From Octopus bimaculoides (Eukaryota): DNA of 64,000 bases. The notes beneath the pieces were generated by a model. That model worked only from the letters and a program-made list of their open reading frames with translations, was not told the origin of the DNA and did not search any database. The DNA is taken from assembly GCF_001194135.2 (NCBI RefSeq), contig NC_068981.1, forward strand, positions 176,714,682 through 176,778,681. The letters run 5' to 3'. The position numbers were made by a program, and so were the translations under genes. Each line of letters opens with the position of its first letter. The first letter of the stretch is position 1. Shown one piece after another: positions 1 through 11,148 of this stretch.

Positions 1-354
1 AAATTGATTCGCTCCCTAATTAGTTGGGCTATGACCCTCTCTGTAACTTTCATAACCTGATCTAACAGCTTGATGCCTCTGTAATTATTTGTATCTAAAG
101 CGTCCCCTTTACCTTTGTAGCAGTTGACTATGATGCTGCTACACCAGTCATTGGGTATGACTCCTTCGTGTATCACCTGGTTCGTAATACGGGTGACTAG
201 GCTATAGCCAACACTGCCAGATATTTTGAGCATCTCTGCAGTGATTCCTGATGGGCCGGGGGCTTTCCCGGTCTTCATACTCTTAATTGCTTTATCTACC
301 CTGGTACTATCAACTCGGATAGCTGGTCCCTCTATTGGGTCGACATACGGCAGG

Positions 355-360
<6 letters not shown>
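1..360 (-). mobile_element. RTE-clade LINE, 5'-truncated, reverse transcriptase N-terminal region (continues off the left edge)
   Basis: Minus frame 359->3 is open for 119 codons: ESLPYVDPIEGPAIRVDSTRVDKAIKSMKTGKAPGPSGITAEMLK...DWCSSIIVNCYKGKGDALDTNNYRGIKLLDQVMKVTERVIAQLIRERIN. KAPGPSGI, KGKGD..NYRGIKLL and MKV.ERV are non-LTR RT domain 0-2 motifs of RTE type. Truncated next to (TA)n at 364-386. Confidence 0.92.
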
Positions 361-386
<26 letters not shown>

Positions 387-540
387 GGCAGGCTCCTTTT
401 GGTTTACGCCTACTAAATCCACTCTCAATCCATGTGGCTGAGAGCAAACCTCTCTTACCATACATCCATACCAGCACCTAAAGGATGCATTGGATAACGT
501 AGTTCTAATTACACTATATCAGATAAAAAAAAATATATAG

Positions 541-614
541 AATGGTGATGGCTGGAATGCCTTTCATAATATGATTGCTCCATCAGGTCCAACCAGGGGC
601 TAAACAACAATAAC
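541..614 (+). mobile_element. SINE-D 3' tail fragment
   Basis: ggctggaatgcctt...aggggctaaacaacaa; the same tail occurs at 38740-38945 (+) and 13522-13560 and 13771-13905 (-). Confidence 0.55.
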
Positions 615-1930
615 AGCCTATTTGCAAAACAAAAACAAGGGGTGGAGGTGTGGGAAGTGGGAAGAAAGGAAGAAGAATAAAACACAATTGGATTATAAGT
701 TCAACCACTATTGAATGCAATTAGTACATTAAACTCTAACAATTTCCAACACCTCCACCAGCACCACAACAACAAGCACTACAAACTACAAATATCATCA
801 TCATCATCACTAAGACAACCACCACTAGCAACATCAGACTTCCATTGCCCTCATTTCATACCTTGCTCCTCACACTTCAACAGTTAGAAAGAGTCAATTA
901 TTCCGGATCAGCCTCCAGCTACTACATAAAAGCATTAACAACAACAAAAACAACAACAACAAGAATAATGCCCGACAGTAAGTAACCAACAGGTTCATGG
1001 ATGTTTTCATGGTAAAAAGAAAAGGGATTTGCCAAGGGATTAACTGCCAGAGAAAGAACAGGTTAAAAAGAAAGAAATGAAAAACAAAAAAAAAAAAGAC
1101 CTTTGTATTGATTTATAAATTGCTTACTGCTCCTTACTTCTGTTTCCTCCACTGCCAGCCCCACTCTCAGCCCCTACTGACTCCCAGCCCCTCAGCATTA
1201 ATATGTCACGTGCCATATGCATTGATGTATAAACTGGCAATAATCCATTGTCAGCTATCACCAACATATTCCTATATGTATATGCTTGTCATCACACACA
1301 CACACAAGATATATATATANNNNNNNNNNNNNNNNNNNNNNNNNNNNNNNNNNNNNNNNNNNNNNNNNNNNNNNNNNNNNNNNNNNNNNNNNNNNNNNNN
1401 NNNNNNNNNNNNNNNNNNNNNNNNNNNNNNNNNNNNNNNNNNNNNNNNNNNNNNNNNNNNNNNNNNNNNNNNNNNNNNNNNNNNNNNNNNNNNNNNNNNN
1501 NNNNNNNNNNNNNNNNNNNNNNNNNNNNNNNNNNNNNNNNNNNNNNNNNNNNNNNNNNNNNNNNNNNNNNNNNNNNNNNNNNNNNNNNNNNNNNNNNNNN
1601 NNNNNNNNNNNNNNNNNNNNNNNNNNNNNNNNNNNNNNNNNNNNNNNNNNNNNNNNNNNNNNNNNNNNNNNNNNNNNNNNNNNNNNNNNNNNNNNNNNNN
1701 NNNNNNNNNNNNNNNNNNNNNNNNNNNNNNNNNNNNNNNNNNNNNNNNNNNNNNNNNNNNNNNNNNNNNNNNNNNNNNNNNNNNNNNNNNNNNNNNNNNN
1801 NNNNNNNNNNNNNNNNNNNNNNNNNNNNNNNNNNNNNNNNNNNNNNNNNNNNNNNNNNNNNNNNNNNNNNNNNNNNNNNNNNNNNNNNNNNNNNNNNATA
1901 TATATACATACATACATACATATATACATA

Positions 1931-2226
1931 TGGCCGTTGCCAGTCCCGCTGGACTGGCTCCTGTACAGGTGGCACATAAAAAACACCTTTTGAGCGTGGC
2001 CGTTGCCAGTACCTCCTGACTGGCCTTTGTGCCGGTGGCATGTAAAAGCACCCACTACACTCTTGGAGTGGTTGGCATTAGGAAGGGCATCCAACTGTAG
2101 AAACTCTGCTAGATCAGATTGGATGGAGCCTGGTGCAGCCATCTGGTTTGCCAGTCCTCAGTCAAATCGTCCAACCCATACTAGCATGGAAAGCGGATGC
2201 TAAACGACGATGATGACGATGATGAT
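1931..2226 (+). mobile_element. RTE-UTR: 3'UTR-only copy of the RTE LINE with (GAT)n tail
   Basis: gccagt...ggtggcac(a/g)taaaa modules, ggaagggcatcca motif, tail ctagcatggaaagcgga...(gat)n; homologous to the ORF2-attached copy at 61748-62140. Confidence 0.85.
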
Positions 2227-2383
2227 ACACACACACACATATCAAAGTAGCAAACTAACGAAAGAAATTCCTTCAAGAGTTTTTTAATAATTTTTTGTTA
2301 TATTATATCCATAGTATATTATGTCATATTATAATATAAATAAATTATTAGATTGTCAATGGAATCTCTCTATTTAATTTATT

Positions 2384-2428
<45 letters not shown>

Positions 2429-2800
2429 TTCTTTTATTCTTTTATTTGTTCCAGTCATTTGACTGTGGCCATGTTGGAGCACCACCTTGAAGGATTTTAG
2501 TTGAACTAATCAACTCCAGGACTTATTTTTAAAGCTTAGTACTTATTCTATCAGTCTCTTTTGCCAAACGGTTGAGTTATTTGGACATAAACTCAGCAAC
2601 ACCAGTTGTCAAGCAATGATGGGGAGACAAATACACACGCACACACATACATATATATATATACAATGGGCTTCTTTTAGTTTCTGTCAACCAAATCCAC
2701 TCAAAAACGATTTGGTTGGCCTGAGGGTATAGTTGCCCAAAGTGCCATGCAGTGGGACTGAACCCAGAATCGTGTGGTTGGGAAGCAAGCTTCTTACCAA
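2429..2800 (-). mobile_element. SINE-A (tRNA-like head, internal CA/TA microsatellite, gtaaaaga-type tail)
   Basis: Matches the near-complete copies at 23256-23659 and 36263-36715 throughout. Confidence 0.85.
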
Positions 2801-2816
2801 ATTGATCAAGTAAACC

Positions 2817-2880
2817 CTTCAAGATGGTGCTCCAGCATGGCTACAGTCTAATGACTGAAACAATAAAAGATTAATAAATA
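2817..2880 (+). mobile_element. SINE-A tail fragment, inverted relative to the adjacent copy
   Basis: gtgctccagcatggctacagtctaatgactgaaacaataaaag is the SINE-A tail. Confidence 0.7.
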
Positions 2881-2932
2881 CATATGTAGCATGTCTTACA
2901 CATAGAAAGCATATACTACATATCTGAAAATG

Positions 2933-2975
<43 letters not shown>

Positions 2976-3092
2976 TATACAAATGATAAACACACAAACA
3001 CACACACATATATATATATATATGCGCATATATATCTATATCTATATATATATATCTATATNNNNNNNNNNNNNNNNNNNNNNNNNNNNNNN

Positions 3093-3162
<70 letters not shown>

Positions 3163-3355
3163 CACTTGTGCATGTTATGTATGCTTGTTATGTTCATATA
3201 ACACACACACATATATAGAAGAGTCCACATATATATATCAAGATATATCTCTATGGAAATGAATACAATCTGCTGTACACCATTTTACCTCATCACTGTC
3301 TCCATGATTCTCTCCAAGCTTTCAAATCCTATACCTATACTTATTGCATTCTCAC

Positions 3356-3453
3356 CTTTCTGTCAGTTGTTTCTATGGCAACAACTCTCAGATATCTCGT
3401 CAAGTTGGAACCATCAATATGTTGCTGTTCTTTCATTCCATTGCAAATATTTT
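3356..3453 (-). CDS. Candidate internal coding exon (98 nt), gene unidentified
   Basis: tttttcAG acceptor and AAG|GTGAGA donor; open frame (E)NICNGMKEQQHIDGSNLTRYLRVVAIETTDRK. No homology recognised, and the plus strand is also open here. Confidence 0.3.
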
Positions 3454-4032
3454 CTGAAAAATCACAAGCACCATATCTTCATTCTGATTCAGGTTGATTA
3501 CCGATTTTGGAGGGAAAAAAAAAAGATTTTCCATTCTTTTCTTTTGATTTGATCTTTTTATTTTTTAACTCATTTCTTTCTAGAAATTCCATATTTTGAC
3601 ATAAAATGTGAAAGGACAATATCTGTTTCCTGTTGGAGAGCTTATGAAATATATGCTAATGCTTGTTTTCATGATAACATCAAATCTCAGTGTTTTGTTC
3701 TTCTTCTTTTTCACTTTGTCATAGTTTGCTGATCTGGGTTTTTCATTTAGTTTTTTTTTTTTTCTTTTCACTTATTTACAATGGAAGGAGGATAGAATCG
3801 GTAAAACATCAGACAAAATACCTTGTAATACTTAGTACCATCCGTTTATGTATGGAATTCAAACCTTTCTGTGATTAATTCTCAGTTGTTTCTGATCTTG
3901 ACAGAACAAATAACGAACCAAGTACTGTGCTTGATGTAATCAACTGTTCTTTTCCCACCATTAAAATCTGTGGCCTTGCGTCTCAGGAATCAATGTTATT
4001 GAAGGCCCAAAGTGCTATACTTGATTGAAACA

Positions 4033-4257
4033 TTAACCCTTTACCATTCAGCTTACTTTGCTAAATGTAATGCTTATTTATTCATACTGTTTTGAATTAA
4101 TCATGCATTATATCATAGCTTTGAGATTTTGACGATGTGATTGTTTATTTTTAGAATGACATTGTAATGTCATGGTGAGACATTGAATCTGGTTGGTTTG
4201 TACATAAAACAGTTGAATATTTGGGTTGGATATGTCCATTTTAAATGCTAAAGGAGT
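4033..4257. mobile_element. piggyBac-like MITE family 1 (degraded)
   Basis: ttaa-ccctttaccattc left end, aatgctaaagg right end; homologous to 12021-12250, 19933-20143 and 54996-55210. Confidence 0.75.
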
Positions 4258-4285
4258 GAGGTTAGATTGAAGGCTTTTACAACTA

Positions 4286-4696
4286 CCGTAAATCCTCGAG
4301 TATAGTTCGCCCTTGAGTATAATACGCAGGGGGTTTTTAGGGGGCTGTACTTCTGGAAAACCTAAACCTTGTGTATAATACGCACCCCTTCTCTAACTTG
4401 AGTCAAGGAGAACTATGTAACGTCCTTGGTTTGTATACATATAAACGGTAACGTCCTTTATTATTATTGTATATATAACATAATGCAAACGTGTAGCTTT
4501 TTTGTTCACTTTGTTTGCAGAAAATAAAGAAATAACTGTAATAACGTCAGTGAAAAATATATATTAAGTAAATTGCCTTTACATATTTATCACTTAGAAA
4601 ATATTTTTCATTTTTAACTTTGTATATAGTACGCACTAGAAATTTTGACTTTTAAATTTTGGGAAAAAAGTGCAGATTATACTTGAGGATTTACGG
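4286..4696. mobile_element. Tc1/mariner-superfamily (pogo/Tigger-like) MITE, 411 bp
   Basis: 19-bp TIR ccgtaaatcctc(g/a)agtata with 1 mismatch; TA TSD at 4284-4285 and 4697-4698; internal gtataatacgca repeats. Confidence 0.85.
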
Positions 4697-4716
4697 TATA
4701 TTGTCTAATTACCAGA

Positions 4717-5128
4717 CATGGCTGTGTAGTTAAGAAGCTTACTTTCCAGCCATGTAGTTTTGGGTTCAGTCCCACTGCACAGCACCTTGAGAAAGTGTCT
4801 TCTACTATAGCCTCAGGCTGACCAAAGCACCAGAGCCTTGTGAGTTGATTTGGTACTGGAAGATGCCTGTTGTATACGAGTGTGTGTATGTGCATGTGTG
4901 TGTCTTTGTGTCTGTCCCCAACCACTGCTTGACAACCAGTGTTGGTGTTTTCATCACCGTAACTTAGTGGTTCAGCAAAAGAAACTGATAGAATAAGCGA
5001 CAGGCTTAGCAAAATAACAACAAATTTAGTACTGGTGGGGGGGTCAATTCATTTGACTAAAAAAACATTCTTCAAGGTGGTGTCCCAGCATGGCCAAAGT
5101 CTAATGACTGAAATAAGTAAAAGATAAA

Positions 5129-5130
<2 letters not shown>
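4717..5130 (+). mobile_element. SINE-A
   Basis: Head tggctgtgtagttaag...gggttcagtcccactg (A/B-box-like); tail aagtaaaagataaaaa. Confidence 0.85.
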
Positions 5131-5177
<47 letters not shown>

Positions 5178-5256
5178 NNNNNNNNNNNNNNNNNNNNNNN
5201 NNNNNNNNNNNNNNNNNNNNNNNNNNNNNNNNNNNNNNNNNNNNNNNNNNNNNNNN

Positions 5257-5389
5257 GTGTGTGTGCACATGTGTGTGTGTGCACATGTGTGTGTGTGCAC
5301 ATGTGTGTGTGTGCACATGTGTGTGTGTGCACATGTGTGTGTGTGCACATGTGTGTGTGTGCACATGTGTGTGTGTGCACATGTGTGTG
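5257..5389. repeat. 16-bp tandem repeat (GCACATGTGTGTGTGT) x8, left end in a gap
   Basis: gcacat recurs at 5265, 5281, 5297, 5313, 5329, 5345, 5361 and 5377. Confidence 0.95.
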
Positions 5390-5409
5390 GTGTGCATGCT
5401 CTTGTCATA

Positions 5410-5615
5410 TGGTGGTTGTAAATGAGCATCGCTGTCATACAAATGATATTGTTCACTTCCTGTATGTCATGGAAAAACATGTTTGGCAATGGAAAACATT
5501 ACCATAATTGTAAACAGGTGAGGGTTGGCAACAGGAAGTGCACCCAGCCATATAAGATCCACTTCAATAAATTCCAAGCATAGAAAAGATGTCAAATGAT
5601 AATGGTAATTCCAAA
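5410..5615 (+). mobile_element. SINE-E body/tail (degraded)
   Basis: Homologous to 49585-49765: catggaaaacat...ggtgagggttggcaacaggaag. Confidence 0.55.
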
Positions 5616-6856
5616 GTGGTTGTAATAGCAGTTATATCACCTTTAACTGTTATATCACCTTTCATATAATAGGTTAGCTATCATGTACCTTGTCATATGA
5701 AATCAATTTTATGGTTTACAATCCTAAAATAGGGTGACCAGTTGACAGAGATTGTGGAGTACTTGACTATGTTTCAAATTCCACCCGGGTTAAATTTGTC
5801 TTTTATTTTTCTAGGACCATTAAAATACATACATTGATTACCTGTAAGTTACTTTGATCAATTATGTTGTTTTCTCAATAAGAAATACCAGCAGCAAGGA
5901 ATTCATGATATTCCAAGACAACAGTAAGGTGGCTAACTGAGGAAAATCGTTAGCACATTGGACAAAATGCTGAGAGGCATTTCTTCCAGCTTTTTACATT
6001 CTTATTCCAAATTTTGCGACAGTCAACTTTGCCTTCCATCCTTCTGGAATCAATGAAATAAATACTAGTTGAACACTGGGGCTGATGTAATCAACTTATT
6101 CCTTACTAAAATAATTGGCCTTGTGCCAAAAAAATTTGATATAAATATTCTAAGAGAGTGAAATTGACCGGAAGCTGGACTACCAGGCATTTTTAGTCTA
6201 ATTTCTTTCTATTCAGAAATTTTGAATCCTGTCAAAGTAGACTTTGTTTTTGGTTCATTTAAGTATCAGCTGTTATTGCTGTTTAGCTACACATCAATTT
6301 TGATCAAGAAGATCTTTCACCAATGATATTCCTGCAGTGAGCATCCCATTTTTTTTTTCCTTTTTACGTTATCTACTGAGCTCTTCCTTTTTTTAAAGAT
6401 TCTAGCATGTAATCTTAGGAATATTTGATTGCTGTATTAGAAGGTTGTACAACTACAGCAAGACCCTCATACTAACTGATGGGCACTCCTAATCAGAGAC
6501 AACAGATGTGGGTTCCACAACATTTTGCTGAACAACCTGCAGAGATGGTTTGTACATAATGATCAAATGTTTATGCTGTGCATCATCTCACTTTCTCCAT
6601 CAAATCTACATTGCTTAAGCAACGAAGTGATTGCAAAGCAATATGAATTGAAGATGTTTTGCTCAAGAGTACAAAGCACCACCCAGTTCAGGAATCAGAA
6701 ACATAATCTTCCAATCGTGAGTACAGAACCCTAACCACTAAACTCTGCATCAACTCTCCTCTTACAGACTGCATACCAGTTATATATATGGTTCATTTTA
6801 AATAATTACACTCTGTGTCTACATATGTGAACTCAATATTATACACAGTCAAGTGG

Positions 6857-7075
6857 GGTGGTGAACTGGCAGAATTATTAGCACATGAAGAGAAATGCTT
6901 TGCAGCATTTCTTCTGGTTATACATTCCGAGTTCAAATTCTGCTGAGGTCACCTTCACCTTTCAACATTTTGGGGTTGAAAAATAAGTATCAGTTGAGCA
7001 CTGGGGGTCAATGTAATTGACTTTCCCCTTTTTCTCCTAATTACTAGCCTTGTACCAAAAGTTGAAACCAATACT
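6857..7075 (+). mobile_element. Old SINE-B subfamily copy (another at about 5925-6135)
   Basis: gaactggcagaa head, gagttcaaattctgctgaggtc B-box region, ggccttgtaccaaaa tail. Confidence 0.75.
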
Positions 7076-7204
7076 ATACAGAGACAAGAGCTGTAAGTTA
7101 GGAGAGTACCTGAGTTAAATTGTTAGAGATTTTAGTCTCACTTCTCTACGTCTAAGTTTGAATCTTATCATGAATTTTTTTAAAATCTTTTTTTGCAATA
7201 TTAA

Positions 7205-7505
7205 GTAGGAGCACTCCGTCGGTTACGACAAGGGTCCCAGCTGATATGATCAATGGAACAGCTTGCTCGTGAAATTAACATGCAAGTGACTGAGCAATCC
7301 ACAGACATGTGTACCCCTAACGTAGTTCTCAGGGAGATTCAGCATGACACAGAGTGTGACAAGGCTGGTCCTTTGAAATACAGGTACTCCTCATTTTTGC
7401 CAGCTGAGTGGACTGGAGCAACGGGAAATAAAGTGTCTTGCTCAAGGACACACTGGGAATTGAACTCACGACCTTACAATTGTGAGCCAAATACTCTAAC
7501 CACTA
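7205..7505 (-). mobile_element. SINE-C (tRNA-like head plus conserved central domain)
   Basis: Minus strand tagtggttagag...gagttcaattccc...gtgtccttgagcaagacactt...ttgctccagtccactcagctg; degraded copies at about 6520-6745 and 14560-14735. Confidence 0.75.
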
Positions 7506-8608
7506 TGAACTGAATGCAAACAGCTATTTAGTTTAGGAATTTACAACAGAATACTAAACAAGACTTTCATAAAATGTTCTATGCTGCTTCAAAACCTGCA
7601 AGAAAAAATGCTGGGCGGACAAATTGATATAAAGAGAAAAAAACAGCAAAGAGACACACAGAAAGCATAGATGTATGGGCTTAGACTTAACATGCTCTAT
7701 GATGTAAAGGATTTGTTCAAAAGAAAGGCCAGAATAAGGAAGAATATATCTTTTATATTACAGATAATATGCATGAGTATGCATCTGGTAATTTGTCATC
7801 CTGAAGGGAAAAGTAACATAAATAATGATATTCAACAAAATAGGTAACAACTTATGTCAGTATTTTCTTATAGCTGCAGGGATGGGTATTTATGTTGTTA
7901 TTTTTTATGTATTTTCAAACCCAAAGTATATTGATTTCAGATAATCCAAGCTAGCATTTTTTTTTTCTTTAGATACAGAGGAAATTAAACAGTGATCCCA
8001 CATTTGATAAATAAATTATATCTACTTGTACCTTCAAATTACAGATTTATTGTTATTAATACTGACACGGCACCGAATACTGTCTTTTTTTTTTTTAATT
8101 TGCTTCTAACAAATTACAGGCAATAATGTATACGTGAATTCTTCTCCAAGCCTTCTTATAACAGATTTTCTTTTTTAACCCTTTCCCAAGAAGGATAATT
8201 TTTTAATCCTTTGTGGCATGGGTGAATATTTTTCAATAAATTTGTATTCCAACACTGTTCTGTGGTGTGTTTACATATGACACCCCACATTCAAAAGCAA
8301 ACCGACAAATGCTTGTAGTTTTCAGGCATCAGAAATGGCAGTGTTTCCTTATCACAGATCTATGTAATACTCTAATCTGCTGCAATGACAACAGCCACCC
8401 TTCATATCCAAGATCCATTATCTTCATTGCAGGATGAGACACCACACACTGAAACATTATAGTGCTGGGGAGGGGGGTGCTGTGCATTTCCCAGCATCAT
8501 TATTTTTGCTATGCAGGTGATAGGTCCAGTAGCAAGAGTAACCCAAGATGACCGATACATCCTCTCAGTACAATTTGTTGGAAAATATCCAGTTTGTTAG
8601 AAACTACC

Positions 8609-8953
8609 TTAACCCTTTTGATACCAGTCCACCCAAGACCATCCATGCTTCTATGAATCAAGCATTTTATATAAAGTGATCTAAATTAATGTTTCCCCAT
8701 TAAAACTTCATGTTACCCATGCCAGCATGGAAGACAAATGCTAAATGATGATGATGATTTATGTTCCAATTACCAGCTTAATAATGACAAAGATATTTTA
8801 GCAAATTCTTTATCATTATTTGGTGGTGGTGGTGGTGGTGGTGTCGTTGGTGGTGGTGGTGGTGGTGGTGGCAGTGGCGGTGGCGGCGGTGGTGGCAGCG
8901 GCGGTGGTATAAATATTACATTTGACAGAGCAATTTGGATGCTAAAGGGTCAA
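8609..8953. mobile_element. piggyBac-like MITE family 2 left part, interrupted by an RTE tail (8715-8758) and (GGT)n, ending in a family-1 right end
   Basis: ttaa-cccttttgatacc start; homologous to 27431-28038; right end gacagagcaatttggatgctaaagggtcaa matches family 1. Confidence 0.65.
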
Positions 8954-9199
8954 AGATCAGCACCAATAGGAAGAACAGCCAAAACAATGTCATTCTGTCT
9001 GTATATTGTTAGTGACCAAAATGTTGTTCTGCCTACAAAAGGGTAAATATTCTTTTAATAGGTCTTGCTGCATTTGTCCTGCTGGGCTTTTATAAAAACC
9101 TTCCTCCATCGTGCTAGCCTTTGAGGGAGCCAAACTTTGTGGTTATGTTACTAGTAGCTCTCAAAGTAATCTGACAAACATTTATACATAAACACACAA

Positions 9200-9581
9200 G
9201 GTATGGTTGTGCGGTAGGAGGTTTGCTCCCCAACCACGTGGTCCCAGGTTCAGTCCCACTGTGTGGCACCTTGGGCAAGTATCTTCTATAGCCTTGGCCC
9301 AACCAAAGCTTTGTGAGTGGATTTGGTACATGGAAACTAAGGCAGTGAGCTAGCAGAAACATTAGCACGTCAGGCAAAATGCTTAGTGGTATTTCGTCTG
9401 TCGCTACATTCTGAGTTCAAATTCCGCCGAGGTCGACTTTACCTTCCATCCTTTCAGGGTCGATAAATTAAGTACCAGTTACACACTGGGATCGATGTAA
9501 TCAACTTAATCCCTTTGTCTGTTCTTATTCGTTCCCTCTATGTTTAGCCCCTCGTGGGCAATAAAGAAATAGGAAACTAAA

Positions 9582-9625
<44 letters not shown>

Positions 9626-9851
9626 ATATATGTGTCTGTGTTTTTGTGTCTGTGTCTGTCACCCACCATCGCCTGACAACTGGTGTTGGTGTGTTTACAT
9701 CCTTGCAACTTAGTGGTTCAACAAAAGAGACCAATAGAATAAGTTCAAGGCTTAAAAGAAAATAAGTACAGGGATTGGTTAGTTTGACTAAAATTCCTCA
9801 AGGCGATGCTGTAGCATGACCACAGTCTAATAACTGAAACAAGTAAAAGAG
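9200..9851 (+). mobile_element. SINE-A host with a nested SINE-B
   Basis: Head at about 9200, tail aagtaaaagag at 9841-9851; interrupted at 9341-9571. Confidence 0.85.
9341..9571 (+). mobile_element. SINE-B (about 230 bp, tRNA-like head)
   Basis: gagctagcagaaac head, gagttcaaattccgccgaggtcgac, aaagaaata tail; 9-bp TSD ggaaactaa at 9332-9340 and 9572-9580. Confidence 0.9.
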
Positions 9852-10887
9852 ATATGCACACACATATATACACACATATATATACACATACACATACACA
9901 TGGACACATGTAGCATTTACACAGACTACACAGAATGCTCTCCAGAAATATGGTCAATGTGATTCTGTTTTCTAATCAATGCGATTCTGTTATTTTATTT
10001 TCAAAATGTCTATTTGAACACTAGAAAGTGAAATATTACAAAAAATGCCAAGACCAAAATCTGCTTAGGATACTATTTCTAGAAATAAATTCTCATCTCG
10101 TTTATGATACAGAATTAAAAAAAAAAAATACCCATTTCAATCTCCAAGCAAAAATATGCCATCATCTAAAAAAAATACTATAAAATCTATAAGTAGCAGA
10201 CCATGATTTAAATGATATCTAAGTCAGGTTATTAGTTTTGGATATCGGATGACAAATCACCAGATGCATCTAATATAAAATAACTTTGGTCAACATTTTG
10301 ATCAAACCCTCTATATGACGGTGAACGTCAATCTGGGTACATACATTTATTCTCTCCTCGTCAATCACAAACTTATTCTCTATCGCTCTCATTTTGTATT
10401 TGCTTCTCCATCATTCCTTTACCATACCTTTATCACTTCAAGTCATTTTTAGAAGCAATATAGAGCTTCATTTAATGAGATCCCTGTTCTGTATAGTGTT
10501 GTAAATTCTCAATCTGAAGAGGCAGTTTTCATTTTATTTCACTTCTTACATCACCTCCTTCTCCAAGTGCTATGCTTCCCAGCTTTTGCAATCATTCCAA
10601 AGTTGAAAAGGGTTACATTTAACCAAGATTCCCCACTGGCTATTAATTCAATATAATCAGACATGACAAATGTACTAAACAGAAATAAGAAAAGCAGCTA
10701 AGAAATTGGATCTGAGAGAGTCCAAGAACTCTGAAAATTCTACTCTATAGCTATTTGACCTTAGTGAGCGTTTGAGTAATTCAATCGGGGAACCAATTTG
10801 GACTGAAAGACTTTGTAGTTGCTGGTAGTATTGGAGAGGTGTGGTGATTATTTTATTTAATTAGATTTATTGTTATTATTATCATTA

Positions 10888-10930
<43 letters not shown>

Positions 10931-11103
10931 GGTGTGGTGATGATGATAGATATGAATTTGGGTATATAGGCAGGAGAAAATTTACTAAACGCATGTAGTG
11001 GGGTTTATTTATTCATTTGAAGCAGATAATTCACTCTGTCATTAAATTTCCTTTTCTATGAAAATCGTACAGAACAAGAGATTCCTCAAAGGAATATACA
11101 TAC

Positions 11104-11147
<44 letters not shown>

Positions 11148-11148
<1 letters not shown>

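Noticed and set aside
1108-2142. Long ORFs across N-gaps (also near 12.9, 15.8, 24.5-25.3, 30.2, 34.0-34.5, 41.0 and 59.9-60.3 kb)
   Set aside because: They are open only because Ns and flanking microsatellites contain no stops.
3356-3453. Assignment of RYLRVVAIE (and GKHLNVIV at 29.7 kb) to an ionotropic glutamate receptor
   Set aside because: The similarity is a few residues only and no other receptor motifs were found, so no gene name is given.
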